The notes under the pieces are model-generated. The model was not told the DNA's origin and did no database searches. It saw only the letters and a list, made by a program, of their open reading frames with translations. The translations under genes and the position numbers were made by a program. A stretch of DNA of 64,000 bases from Octopus bimaculoides (Eukaryota), in assembly GCF_001194135.2 (NCBI RefSeq), contig NC_068993.1:62343730-62407729 (forward strand), in the 5' to 3' direction. Every line of letters starts with the position of its first letter. The first letter of the stretch is position 1. Below, piece after piece: positions 12,724-25,714 of the stretch.

Positions 12724-13036
12724 GTGAAGGCACGTGGCTTAGCAGTTAGGCTATTCGGTTCACGATCGTAAGGTCATAAGTTCAATCCCTGGTGGCACAT
12801 TGTGTCCTTGAGCAAGACACTTCATTTCACGTTGCTCCAGTCCACTCACCTGGCAAAAATGAGCTGTACCTGTATTTCAAAGGGGTCAGCCTTGTCACAC
12901 TGAATCTCCCTGGGAACTACATTAAAGGTACGCGTATCTGTGGAGTGCTCAGCCACTTGCTCGTTAATTTCACGGGTTGGCTGTTCCGTTGATCGAATTA
13001 ACTAGAACCCTCGTCGTCGCAACCGACGGAGTGCCA
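12724..13036 (+). mobile_element. tRNA-derived CORE-like SINE family C, full length
   Basis: Head gtgaaggcacgtggcttagcagttagg, B-box-like aagttcaatccc, ccttgagcaagacactt, tail gtcgtcgcaaccgacggagtgcc. Confidence 0.9.
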
Positions 13037-13544
13037 GTTTAATAATAATGATTTGAAATTTTAGCTCAAGGCTAGCATTTTCGAGAAAGGCGGGTGAATC
13101 GATAGCATTGCCCCCCCCCCATTTCAATGTTCAGCTGATACTTATTTTATCGGCCTCGAAAGGATGAAAGGCATCGGCTTTATCAAAACGAAATTCCAAA
13201 TTAATAACGATTAATTAGTTTCATGGACAAGAATTTAGTATAAGCCCTTTAGAATCTCGAGCTTTGATTCAAATTGGAAAATGTCCATAAAGCAATCGAG
13301 TTCTTTATTACCTGTCCCACACACACCGTTTTGGCCTCTTTCCATTTCATAATTCTACACATGTGTTTCATTAGCTAATCCGTTCGAAAGTATCGTTTTT
13401 CTAAAATTATAACTGAATATAAAAACAAACATTAACACAAACACACACACAAACACACACACACACACGGAGAGTAATGCTTTAACTAAATTGTTCTTTG
13501 CTTTCAAGATATTTGGAGACTGATTATACTGTGCTTTCTTGCAG

Positions 13545-13624
13545 GTCCAACAACCGGATGGAGGTTCGCTGGATGGCTCCTGTGATGTTATAATTATCCC
13601 ACACCCAATTATAAACAATAAAAC
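13545..13624 (+). CDS. Candidate 80-nt exon
   Basis: Acceptor gtgctttcttgcag|G, donor aac|gtaggt; open frame VQQPDGGSLDGSCDVIIIPHPIINNK; no recognised homology. Confidence 0.25.
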
Positions 13625-13853
13625 GTAGGTACAGCTCAGTGTTGTGAAGTAGCAGTATCGTGGTATAACATGTATCCCACATGGTCACAGACTTCTCAAG
13701 CTTCTAAAAAAGATTTCACATGACCAATACATAATTATGTCTTTCTCGAGGCCATTAATGCCATTCACAAAGCGAAGCCTCTTAATACTGGATTGAAAAC
13801 ACAAGTTGTTAGTGTATTGTAAGTTAGCTGTCATTTCCCTGGTTCAAAATCAC

Positions 13854-13911
<58 letters not shown>

Positions 13912-14076
13912 AGGATTTTGTGCAGAATCAATGTATAACATGGAATGGAATGCATAGCTTACATTAGCTACTTGCCACTAAGTAAAACACCTTGCAACAA
14001 TCGAGTTATCGATTCCACCACGTGACCCCGAAACGACTAATAGTTGAACCTCATTTATTTCTTGATAATTATCGGT

Positions 14077-14438
14077 ATTACCTCTGCCATAGCGAAGGCA
14101 GACATGTTGTTTTCAGTCGTGTTTGTTTATTTGTTTGTGGACAAGATATCTCAAGAAACGCTTGATGGATTCCGATGAAACTTTCAACGATGTTTGGCCT
14201 CATGACTGGCAGAAACTGATTAGATTTTGGGTTTGATCCGGCACCGGACAATGATTCTGGATTATTTTACCTGTTTCTTTACTTAATTTTTGAGAGCGGT
14301 TGAGTTCATATTTAGTCTTCTCGTTTGTGAGAGAAGACAAGTTTATTTCAGATATTCTCATTTTAAAAATCATGTCTGGCTAATCGTTGAGAGGATGTTG
14401 GTGTTGCATTGACGGGAGTTTGTGCTTTCTGAGTGCTT
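14077..14438 (+). mobile_element. Non-autonomous Helentron/Helitron-type element (HINE-like)
   Basis: Starts attacctctgccatagcgaagg, internal (GTTT)n, ends gggagtttgtgctttctgagtgct; second copy at 23056-23426. Confidence 0.7.
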
Positions 14439-15639
14439 ATATGTAGTATCTGTAATCACCTGGAAACTGCATACTAAATCAAATGAACGATTTAAATTGC
14501 ATTTTGCTCCTGTAATAAAATCCTATTTACTCAAATATGTACAAAATTCTATATACGAATATCAAACTTCTGTGACATATGTTGAGCGGTCTATTCTTTT
14601 GTTTAGATACGTGTGTGTGTGTGTGTGTTGCATGTGTATTGTATCTTTGTATGATGTGTATATGTGTGCGTACTCTATATTTATATAAAGGCCTTTCAAG
14701 ACTAACATGTGTCCCTATATCATTCACGCTATGAATTTACATAATTCTGTACTGCCTGAAGTAATTCTGACTTCATTAAAAACAACGCGAGTTGTGTGAG
14801 GTGAATACGAAAATTTCATTTACATTTTCTGAAAGAATTATTCCATTTTTGCAACGCAAACATTGAGGGTCGGAAACTTCATCAAATGCAGTAAATATAT
14901 CTCAATCAAATAAGAAGTGTAATCATCTTATTAGCAATGTTTCCCAACCAATTAGAAATGTTAATTAGCCATCTTGGAAATATATACAGGGAGTGCCATA
15001 ATGAAAGGAGAACGTAATGAATGTTTAAATAACACATTAATTATTTCCGATATTTGCCTTCGATTTGTGCGTTATGTGATCACACAGGTAAATACGAACT
15101 TATTTTATTTTCGTTTTCTTTTTCTTTGTAAATTTCATTGAGAGAAAAAAAACGCCTTTCTGATGACATGTTTGCGAAGACATTACAATTCATAATATGT
15201 CTTATTGTATTCTGTTTTATCTGGTTATTTATGTTGTATAATTATGTAGGTTTACTAACTTGATATTATATTTTGCTTTCAGACGTCATGACTTTCACAA
15301 CGTTTGTTACAATAGAGATGTTTGCTCGCGCATTCATATATTCACGTTGGTTTCGTTATAATGAACGCTGTTTCGAATTTCCAATTAATAGGTCACCTAC
15401 TAAGTGTTTCTGTCTCATATATTTTCATTTGATTTTTTTAGAATTTCGAACATTTCTGTGACAGATATTAAGCTGTAAATAATATAGTACAATGCAACGC
15501 AAATAACTGAAAGATTGGAGTAGATTTATACTGTGTAGAAGAAAAGAAATTAAGCGTTTTTGCTAAATATCTTCGTCGAAGAGAAAAGACATGCCAAATG
15601 ATGTTAAAAAGCATATAAATTGGGATCAGTAAGAGAGAA

Positions 15640-15740
15640 AGCGGAAAAGAGAGGAAGAGAGAGAGAGGAAAAGAGAGGAAGAGAGAGAGAGGAAAAGAGA
15701 GGAAGAGAGAGAGAGGAAAAGAGAGGAAGAGAGAGAGAGG
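15640..15740. repeat. 24-bp purine minisatellite (GGAAAAGAGAGGAAGAGAGAGAGA) x~4
   Basis: Read directly. Confidence 0.9.
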
Positions 15741-16619
15741 AACAGTTACGTTTTACTTTTTGTTTAATGGGTAGAGGTTGTGGAGTGATTTACGATAAAT
15801 TCACAAACAGAGTAATGATTAAAGGTATCGCATGATGAATTAAAATGTCAAGCTACGCGCTTCGAAGTCGTACAGGTGTTATCACGAACATTATAAAAGT
15901 ATCCACAAAAGTCGTTAAATGAGCGATTTCTCGACCATTTCAAGGGCAGAGAATTGTAAAGTTTCTATTTGATTGAATATATGGAGTTGGGGAGGTTCGG
16001 AAATCGATCTTTGCAGCCACTTGAGAGATGAAAGGGAAAAGTATAACGTACAAAATGGGAGCATTTAAAATGTATTGAATGTGCTTTACAGGAGTGAAGA
16101 GAGTTTCTAAGAAAGGGGTCTCGTAATTTTTTTCTTTTTCTCTGTCTCTTTTAAAAGAGAAAACGAAGGAAAAAAGGATGGAAGTTAATTTTTGTGAGGT
16201 AAAATTTGGTAGAGATGCTTGGCAGGCTGATGACATGTCGTAAAAGATAGTCGTTTCTCTTTGAATGAGTGCATTTGGGTTAAACATGTGGAGGCTCTTT
16301 CGTTGGACTAAGCTGGCTAGAATGTCAAGTTGACTAACACGATATATTAAATCCATGCAACGAAAAAATGCTCCGTTTCCTCAGACTATGGACATTGTAC
16401 ATTGGTAGAAGATTAAATATTTCAGATGCTGCAGTCAATTAAATCGAACACAGAGTATAATTGATTTGCTATTTTATTGACATCAAAAACTGAGAAGTAA
16501 AGATGAGATTGTAAGATCTGAACTTAAACGACAGGGTTCATCTCTAAATAACACCAAGTCATTGTCTGACATTTTGACGATTCTGAGAATCCACCACCAT
16601 TAAACAAAGCAGAATAATA

Positions 16620-16808
16620 GTTTCGAATTTTGGTACAAGGCCAGCAAGGTCGGGACACGGTTGAATAAAATCAACCCCAGTTATCGGCTGGTTTTTATTT
16701 TATTGACTCCGAAGAGAAAAGTAAAAGGAGGAAAAGTCGACTTCAGTGGAATTTGAACGCAAAGACGGATCGAATTGCTTGCGGTAACGATTCTGCTAAC
16801 TCGCCAGC
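16620..16808 (-). mobile_element. SINE family A, diverged
   Basis: gaaaagtcgacttcagtggaatttgaacg...acgattctgctaactcgcc. Confidence 0.75.
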
Positions 16809-17600
16809 TTATCAATGAAGAATACTAATTACTCATCTGGTGTTTGACGTAGTAGACTAATTATAAAATTAGGGACCACAAGGAAGGATTGATATTGAAT
16901 TCCATCTTCACTCGGTCAAAATTATCTCTTTTCTCTCTCTTATTTCACACTCTCCCCCCCTCTCTCTCTCTGGAAGCTTCATTATTAGTAAAGACAAAAA
17001 CCGATAATTAAAGGGATGGTTGTCTTTGATGTTACATTCTGAGAAATGAAATTACGTGTCACCATTCGATATTCTCATAATAATACTGCTGACATGAAAG
17101 TGAAACCATGCGCTGTTGAAATCTGACTATGCCGGTACATCTTGTAACCTACTTCGAATATGAGCGCAGCCAAGATTATTTCTCACTTGTGTTGCTTTCA
17201 TGTTCAGAACGTTGATTTCCTACCAAACAACCATCACTCACAAACTATTCAAGTTTAAACATTACGAAAATGTATCGAATTCAATAAAATACATGACAGT
17301 TTGCTTCCCAGAATATTAGGTTAGACTCAGCTGACACCCGAGTCACTGTTTCCACGATATCTCAAAATCGGTGCGCGCGCGCGCACACACGCACACAAAG
17401 AAAACATAAAATGGAGAAATATTGATGAACAACAATTGGCTTACATATGTATGGCCATGGTTAAACATAGGTAATATACCAGTAGAGTAATGGATACTTC
17501 TATCCCTTAGACGGTTATTTCAACCTCTAACACAGCTAACCTATATATATATACACATATATGTACACATGTTAGTAATTTATGTATAAGCATACATACA

Positions 17601-17631
<31 letters not shown>

Positions 17632-17892
17632 TGTGTGTTGCACACATATATGTGCATTCGTATATATAAATATCGGTCACTTCTAATATATGTCTGCCTG
17701 TAATTCTGTTCTTGTTTATTAGTAGATCAAAGTCTTCACCTAACTGTGTAATGCTTTGGTCGTCAATAACACGGTGTGTCCATAAGTATCTGGTTGCGCT
17801 ATTTCTTTGTAAACCTTAATATAAATCTGTATAAAATACTTTTTTAATTACTTAAGTATTTCTGTGATGTTTTCTTTGTGATGCAGGTCTTT

Positions 17893-18173
17893 GTGTGTAT
17901 GTATGTATGTATGTATGTATGTATGTATGTATGTATGTATGTATGTATGTAGGTATGTGTGTTTGTATGAGGCTATGTTTATACCTGTAAGTGTTCGAAA
18001 ATGTGTGCGGAGGTGAGTGAGTTTATAGTTGTGTTGATATCTATTTGATGTACATTTAGTGTCTACATCAAACATACATGGACTCACACTCACATATGAA
18101 TAGAGATAGACAGGCAGACAGACAGACAGGCAGTCAGGCAGGCAGACAGACAAGCAGACAGACAGACAAACAA

Positions 18174-18228
<55 letters not shown>

Positions 18229-18240
18229 TTGATAGATAGA
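17893..18240. repeat. (TATG)n and (AGAC)n/(AGAT)n microsatellites
   Basis: Read directly. Confidence 0.9.
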
Positions 18241-19963
18241 TTTATATTGAGTAAATGCATGTTTCTTTATCATATTCATTTCCTACGAGAGTCTTAAGTC
18301 AGGCTCCCGTGGGTTTGCAGTTTTTATCTTCCATCCACAGGTTTCAATTTTTTTGGACCAGTGAATCGTTGTCTTCATGACCTTTTCAATTCAAGCTAAC
18401 TCAAAACTCCTCTCTTGATAACATGTCTGAAATAACATGTCTGGAATTCAAGAACAGAACAGGGTGGATATGTCACAAGATTTAGAAAAAAACAGCTCGA
18501 TATAGGTGGCATATATGTATAACAGCCAATTCAGTTGATATCGTGCCGTGTGTACAATACCTGGAATCTGTAGCTCGTTAATTTCTGTGTGTTCGTGTGT
18601 CAATGTATGTGCGAGAGTTGTGGGGAGTCAGAATAATGTGGTCCATCTTTTACATGTATTTATATCAAGGTGTGTAACGACATGAATACAGTTTTAGGCT
18701 ACTTATAGCATCATGTGTCTTTCATTCTGAAAACTAACACTGTTTACGTCACATGTTTAATCTTAATAACTGTGGACATTCACCTGCAGAAACACTGCTG
18801 TGTGTGAATGTCTGTCTGTGCGTGTTATTCATGTGCGCTACATTCACGCATGCGCTTACACTCCCCACATCACACACTCACAGTTTAGAGTCCCAGCATA
18901 TTGTTACAGCATTACCAAAAGTGCCATATTCTTATACAGCGGAATTCATCAGGCGGTGCTGAATGACAAAAGAGAGGCTGTTTTCTATTAGCCAGAACCG
19001 TCTATAGATTTCAGGAAGATAGAAACATGAAATTTAAAATAAAGACATGTTGGAAGCCTGAACTTAGACTCAAAACATTGGATATTTTCATATCCTTGCA
19101 AATAGATTTCTTGTTTTCAAGTATTTGCCCATGTTTTATCGCCTTCGTATTCCCATGTACATATTTCAGGAATTATAATACATTCTGATTACACATATAC
19201 ACAAACTTTCACACACATACTGGCATGTGTATAAACACGCTGTTAGCTACACATGTGTTTCTGTTAGAGAGTGCACATATTGTTTATGTATATATATATA
19301 TATNNNNNNNNNNNNNNNNNNNNNNNNNNNNNNNNNNNNNNNNNNNNNNNNNNNNNNNNNNNNNNNNNNNNNNNNNNNNNNNNNNNNNNNNNNNNNNNNN
19401 NNNNNNNNNNNNNNNNNNNNNNNNNNNNNNNNNNNNNNNNNNNNNNNNNNNNNNNNNNNNNNNNNNNNNNNNNNNNNNNNNNNNNNNNNNNNNNNNNNNN
19501 NNNNNNNNNNNNNNNNNNNNNNNNNNNNNNNNNNNNNNNNNNNNNNNNNNNNNNNNNNNNNNNNNNNNNNNNNNNNNNNNNNNNNNNNNNNNNNNNNNNN
19601 NNNNNNNNNNNNNNNNNNNNATATATGCATAACAAATATATACGCACACTCTCAAATGCACAGACGCATGCATTATATATAAATGTGTAAATATACTTTA
19701 AAAAAATGCATACATAATTGATGCTGGCTGCCAAGATGCCATAGACTAGTCATCTCAAATGAAATATTTCGATGTTGATGAAAGCGCTCTGCTATATGGG
19801 TAAGAAAAATAGGTTGCGAGAGATATGCTAACTTTGGCACCCATTATTACTTTCTGTTCAGAGTTCTTTGTTTAGATGTAGGTTCTTCTACAAGCTTCCT
19901 CAGGTCTCACACATTCATTCGGATATTAATGTGCGCGAACAGTCGCGTCTACAGATATGCCTC

Positions 19964-20009
<46 letters not shown>

Positions 20010-20561
20010 TGTTATTATGTATGTGCGAGCATGAACATGCGGTGATACATATGTAAATAGATTCAAAGGTAGATAAATCGATAAAAACTGTATATATATA
20101 TGTATTTATGTATATNNNNNNNNNNNNNNNNNNNNNNNNNNNNNNNNNNNNNNNNNNNNNNNNNNNNNNNNNNNNNNNNNNNNNNNNNNNNNNNNNNNNN
20201 NNNNNNNNNNNNNNNNNNNNNNNNNNNNNNNNNNNNNNNNNNNNNNNNNNNNNNNNNNNNNNNNNNNNNNNNNNNNNNNNNNNNNNNNNNNNNNNNNNNN
20301 NNNNNNNNNNNNNNNNNNNNNNNNNNNNNNNNNNNNNNNNNNNNNNNNNNNNNNNNNNNNNNNNNNNNNNNNNNNNNNNNNNNNNNNNNNNNNNNNNNNN
20401 NNNNNNNNNNNNNNNNNNNNNNNNNNNNNNNNNNNNNNNNNNNNNNNNNNNNNNNNNNNNNNNNNNNNNNNNNNNNNNNNNNNNNNNNNNNNNNNNNNNN
20501 NNNNNNNNNNNNNNNNNNNNNNNNNNNNNNNNNNNNNNNNNNNNNNNNNNNNNNNNNNNNN

Positions 20562-20606
<45 letters not shown>

Positions 20607-20857
20607 AAACGCCTATCACATCTTACAAATTATATGATAGAATTGCAAACAGAAAATCATAAAGAAGCAGAACCAAGAATGCACACAAACGAACGCCTCC
20701 CATTGAGGATGTTATTGCACTCACAGTTTTGGTTTCAAATCCCGGGCTGTGCTTGACGTTGTGTTCTTTTGCAAAGCGCTGCATTTCAATTTGCCCCTCT
20801 CACACACACATACAACACACCTATATACTCTGATACATAAGTATATATGAATATATA

Positions 20858-21106
20858 CGTACCCGTAAAAGGGGTAAAGATCCCCTACGGGATTGCATCT
20901 AGAAAATTCCCCTCCAAGGCACAAGTACGGACAAGGTTGTTTATAAATGTCCAACAGTCACCCATGCATACCAGCCTCCCTTCTTCACGCTACTGATGTT
21001 ATCTAAGGAAAAGGCAAAGGGGCCGATACAGCTTAGCACCAGTGGCGTCGCAACTCATTTCTACAGCTGAGTGAACTGGAGCAACGTGAAATAAAGTGTC
21101 TTGCTC
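20858..21106 (-). mobile_element. SINE family D, head truncated
   Basis: aaggcaaaggggccgatacagctt...gcaactcatttctacagctg...aataaagtgtcttgctca, as in 9183-9517. Confidence 0.85.
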
Positions 21107-21263
21107 ACACACAAGTTAAATATACATTTATATATGTATATGTGTAACACATACACGCGCGCGCGCAAGCACACACGCACGCATGCACGCACACAAACAA
21201 AATTGGTGGATGTCTAAATCGGTAAGACTTATGTGATGAACATTATTTACATTATTTACATTT

Positions 21264-21549
21264 GACGGGCATATGGCGTAGTGGTTAAGAGCGCGAGCTA
21301 CTAACCCCAAGATTCCAAGTTCGATTCCAGGCAGTGACCTGAATAATAATAATAATAATAATAACATCGAAAAATACTTTAGGAATTAGAACCCAGGTTT
21401 GAAATTTCCCCAAGACACCTGATGAAGGTTGGAGGGTATATCAGCCGAAACGTTGTGTTAACAACAAACAAGATGAGGACAAATATCCGTCAAATGTAAA
21501 TAACATAAATAGTGTACATAATTCCTCATCTCTTAAATATAGAACTGTA
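21264..21549 (+). mobile_element. tRNA-headed SINE-like element (family E) with a Penelope-type hammerhead in its body
   Basis: A box TGGCGTAGTGG at 21274-21284, B box AGTTCGATTCC at 21318-21328, (AAT)n linker, hammerhead core at 21414-21459. Confidence 0.75.
21414..21459 (+). ncRNA. Minimal type-I hammerhead ribozyme motif
   Basis: Stem I GACAC/GTGTT; core CTGATGA plus an extra A; stem II GGTTGG/TCAGCC with an 8-nt loop; GAAA; palindromic ACGT stem III; GUU cleavage triplet at 21452-21454. Confidence 0.65.
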
Positions 21550-22699
21550 TTGTGCGATGAAGTTCACGATTTCCCATGCATTCATATATTTTGAGCAGTA
21601 CTAGGATCTGAGGTTTTGGAACGATAACTGACTTCAAGCCAGTTTAAATATTTCGTTTCCTCCAATTGCTTCCTCTGCCTCAGTCTGTCGGTTTCTCCGC
21701 TCTGTGCCACTCTCACTCTCTCCAAATTCCCAACTCTCTCTCTCTCTATCTCTCTCTCTGTCTGTCTCTCCCTCTCTCTCTCGGCGATACAAATCAATTC
21801 CCAAACGTTACCTTCGTTTATTCTCCATGGTGTATGAAGTTATCGAATTTCATTAACAATATATATTTCTGAAGTCTATCATGAAATATTGATAGTTAAA
21901 GGTTATGTTACATCCGTTAGCGTGTTTTACTAATTTCTTTTTTTTTTAAGGTAAAACACGCATATACATTCAGCACACACAATACATAGCTGTTCGGTTC
22001 AAACATATTGCGACGCTATATTTAATTTTAACATAATTTACAGGCTGTCAAAGCGTACATTAAAAATATACACAAACATACACGCTCATACACTCACACA
22101 CAATTTAACCTGATACAGAGACCTATTACGCTGAATTTTTCCGCTTGTCTGTTCCTCAGACGAGAATAAGATAGATTCAATCTATTAAACTATTACATTC
22201 TGCCACGTTACTGTATGCTTCGTCTCCTGTTCGTTCATATCAACACACACACACACACACACACACACATGTGTGTGTGTCTATATATAGATACATATAT
22301 ATGTATATATACATATATATATATACACACACACACAAACACACATATATACACACACATATATACTTACAAATACATACATTTACTTACACATATGTAT
22401 GTATGTATATATATATATATATATNNNNNNNNNNNNNNNNNNNNNNNNNNNNNNNNNNNNNNNNNNNNNNNNNNNNNNNNNNNNNNNNNNNNNNNNNNNN
22501 NNNNNNNNNNNNNNNNNNNNNNATATATATGTTTTATATTAGATAAAATCTTGCCGAAGTAATGGGAAATGAAATACAAAAGTGAACTACAAGTAACAAC
22601 ACTTCTCTCTTATACTTCGGTATTTTGGGATTAGGGCCTCTTTATCAGGAGGGATGGGAGATGGAATAAAGCTATTATTGTTGCTTAGATATGTGGGGA

Positions 22700-23035
22700 A
22701 ATGGTAACAAACAAGCGCAAATTAGTAATGCTATAATAACCACTCCGCTTTGTGAAGCTCTTTTCTATTGTTAAATACAGGTTAATAAGGAAAGCCTCCT
22801 TATTTCGAAGGTTATCTCTGTTACGTTCTGTGATCTTGATGACGTCTTTAAAGTCCTGAGTCGGGTACAGCTGCAGATGTTTAGGGACTGATGGATTTAT
22901 GAACCCGTGTTCTTTGATACAGTTGTGCAGTTTTGTAATGATGCTCACAATGCAGGATGCACTGCATCCGCTGCAAACTACCTCGTATACCAATGTAGAC
23001 ATCCGAGTACACATTTTAAGTTGTTGATGGGACAA
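22700..23035 (-). mobile_element. Penelope-like element relic: degenerate GIY-YIG endonuclease
   Basis: CTRMSTLVYEVVCSGCSASCIVSIITKLHNCIKEH...RNKEAFLINLY follows the PLE pattern CxSxNVVYxIxCxxCxxxYVGET...L..R..EH...E..I. Confidence 0.55.
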
Positions 23036-23055
23036 CTGGAGAATACGCAGCCAAT

Positions 23056-23426
23056 TATTACCTCTACCATAGCGAAGGTTGAGGTATTGTTTTTAGTCAT
23101 GTTTGTTTGTTTGTTTGTGGACAAGATGTCTCAAGAACCGCTTGATGAATTCGGATGATACTTTCAGGGATGCTTGGCCTCGTGATTGGTACAAACCGAT
23201 TGGATTTTGGGATCGATCCGGTACCGAACACGGATTCTGGATTATTTTTGCTGTGTTTTTGTTCCTTAATTTTTGAGAGCGGTTGGGTTCAATTTTAGTA
23301 TTCTAGTTTGTGAGAGCAGTCGAGTTTATTTCAGATATTCTCATTTTAAAAATCATCACTGGCTGATCGTTGAGAGGATGTTGGTGTTTCTTTGGCGGAA
23401 GTTTGCGCTCTCTGAGTGCTCTCGTT
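23056..23426 (+). mobile_element. HINE-like element, second copy, nested in the Penelope relic
   Basis: attacctctaccatagcgaagg...ttggcggaagtttgcgctctctgagtgct; homologous to 14077-14438. Confidence 0.7.
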
Positions 23427-23460
23427 CTGCTTGTGGCGAGATTTCTGGACAAAAGGTTTC

Positions 23461-23823
23461 TTAAAGATGGATCATTTGTATGTTTAACCTCTCACTGCAA
23501 ATTAAATGATAAACTGCAGCTGCGCTCCTAAAATCGGAGTAGAGTAGTTTTAAGAAGAAAGTGCCAGACTTGAGAGTATAGGCCTTCTTATGAAGTTCAT
23601 TGATTTTGGCATTATGTACATGCTGTGGTTTGATGAATGATGGTGAGTAGCGGTTGGTTAGTAGGGTCTTGTAAAACCGTTCGTCACTGGCAGCTGTACC
23701 TGTCGCTTTACATGTGCGATTCCATTTCGTATGCAGGCGGCAAAGGAAGGGACAGAAAATTGAAGCAGATCGAATGATTTTGGCTGTGCTAGGAGTACCG
23801 TAGAAATGGAATGTTGTGGGCAA
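23461..23823 (-). mobile_element. Possible Penelope RT C-terminal relic
   Basis: KTLLTNRYSPSFIK resembles the PLE motif L..NGYP..FI; lies upstream of the GIY-YIG relic on the same strand. Confidence 0.3.
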
Positions 23824-24697
23824 TCTACGCTGTCTTGACCTGGTGGCATCGTAAATATATGATAAATTATAGCGAACTGCAGAAAATAATTTTAACGCGG
23901 ATAGAGGAGCAGCGGAACAAGAAGTACTAAGGCCGAAAGAAGAAACAAATAGTAAAAGAGAGTAACTGTTACATGGTTGGCATGTTTACATCAACTCACA
24001 ATTTGGTGTGAAGGATGCATAGACAAAGAGGCTTTTTACAGTCTCAGCCAAAAGAACGCGGATGTTTCCAGGCAACAACAATGCTGTTCACAGCACAGCC
24101 GGAGGGGGAAATATTGTGGGACTGGTGCCAAAATTGTAGTTATATTCAGTTGACAGCTGACTAGCGAATAGGCCCGCAGTGCAAGCCGCCTGTAAGATAA
24201 AATGATTATATATATATATACATACATACGCACACACATATATATGTATGCGTGTGTGAGTGCAGGTGTGTGTGTGTGTATGTGCGTGTACGTTCGTGTG
24301 TTATATCACAAAGACCTAGAGATAAACATTGGAACACATAAATACGCGTTACTTCAGATGTTGGCAAACGTACAGACACAGACACATAAGATTCCTGAAT
24401 GCATAGGAATCTCTTGTTTTCATTATATTGTAAACATTAACCGCCATATTAGTTTGTACTTCCGGTCGACGCTTCGATTTTAAACATTTCAAAGGTACGT
24501 GCGCAGTGAATCATACACACGACTGACGTATTATAGCTGTGTGAATGTGTCTTTGTATGAGTGTATGTGTGTGTGTGTAATACGTGTGCATATATGCACA
24601 AACGCGCGCGCGCTCGCACACGCAGACACACAATACACACAAGCACGTGGCATAAACATATCTACACAGTAACATTTATGCGCGTGCGTTTTGGGGC

Positions 24698-24746
<49 letters not shown>

Positions 24747-24893
24747 TATGTGTGTAAGCTTTGTTAATAAGAAAAGATATATTCCGGATAGATTCTGGAT
24801 CCGGTGAGTTTCATCGGTACACATGTGCCGAGGACAAAATTCTAAGTTGGTCAATCTAGAATTACAACGTATGTGTAGGTATGTATGTACGTT

Positions 24894-25116
24894 CAGTAAT
24901 CCCTCGACTATCGCGGGTGTTACATTCCAACCTCACTATCCACGATAGGTAAAAATCCGCGAAGTAGAAACAGTGCTGTATATTTTTTTTTAATTATTTA
25001 CTATAATTTGTATATATATATTTTATTATAAATACAAAACAGCGCCACAGAGGACTTGACGTAAGCTTAAAAAACAAAACGCGATAGGTGAACCGCGTTA
25101 TGGCGGGGGGTTGCTG
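24894..25116. mobile_element. Tigger/pogo-type MITE
   Basis: cagtaatccctcgactatcgcggg ... ccgcgttatggcggggggttgctg|ta; homologous to 46607-46789. Confidence 0.8.
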
Positions 25117-25559
25117 TATATATGTATGTGCGCATGTAAGTGTGTGCGCGCGTGCATCTGTATGCGAGAGTCTTATTTATACATGTATAAAGAACGTATA
25201 TAGACCATGCCGTGTTGTCTATTACGTTACAGAATTAGACGTCTGTCTATCGCTGTACAACAGATTTGAGGGCGAAAACAACCAAGGTCGAAGCCGTTTC
25301 TTCTGTCAGTGTAAATAGGTCGATGCGTCTAGAAAGTAAAATTATCCTTATGTAAAATATTTCAAGAGATAAAAAAGCAAGAATATAAAGCTCGAGGGTG
25401 ATCGAATTTCACTAAGACTGAAGTCAATGAGTCTGTGTATATATATATAGCGTACCTCGTATAAAAGAATGAGATACGTAAATTTGTATCTACACACGCT
25501 TACAGTGCATGTATAGCGTTGTGAGATTCTATACACAAGATCAACTATCAAGAATATAT

Positions 25560-25567
25560 TCTATCTA

Positions 25568-25621
<54 letters not shown>

Positions 25622-25622
25622 C

Positions 25623-25682
<60 letters not shown>

Positions 25683-25700
25683 TTATATATCTATCTATCT
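25560..25700. repeat. (CTAT)n microsatellite
   Basis: Read directly. Confidence 0.95.
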
Positions 25701-25714
25701 CTCTATGTGAACAG

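Noticed and set aside
15158-16250. CTGATGA cores at about 15158 and 16227
   Set aside because: No stem II plus GAAA and no stem I partner, so not hammerheads.
19750-19806. YFDVDESALLYG before a gtaaga donor, resembling a pogo DDE motif
   Set aside because: An isolated 12-residue similarity with no supporting flanks.
21264-21330. Functional tRNA gene (likewise the other SINE heads)
   Set aside because: The A and B boxes are present but there is no complete acceptor stem, and the sequence continues into a SINE body.
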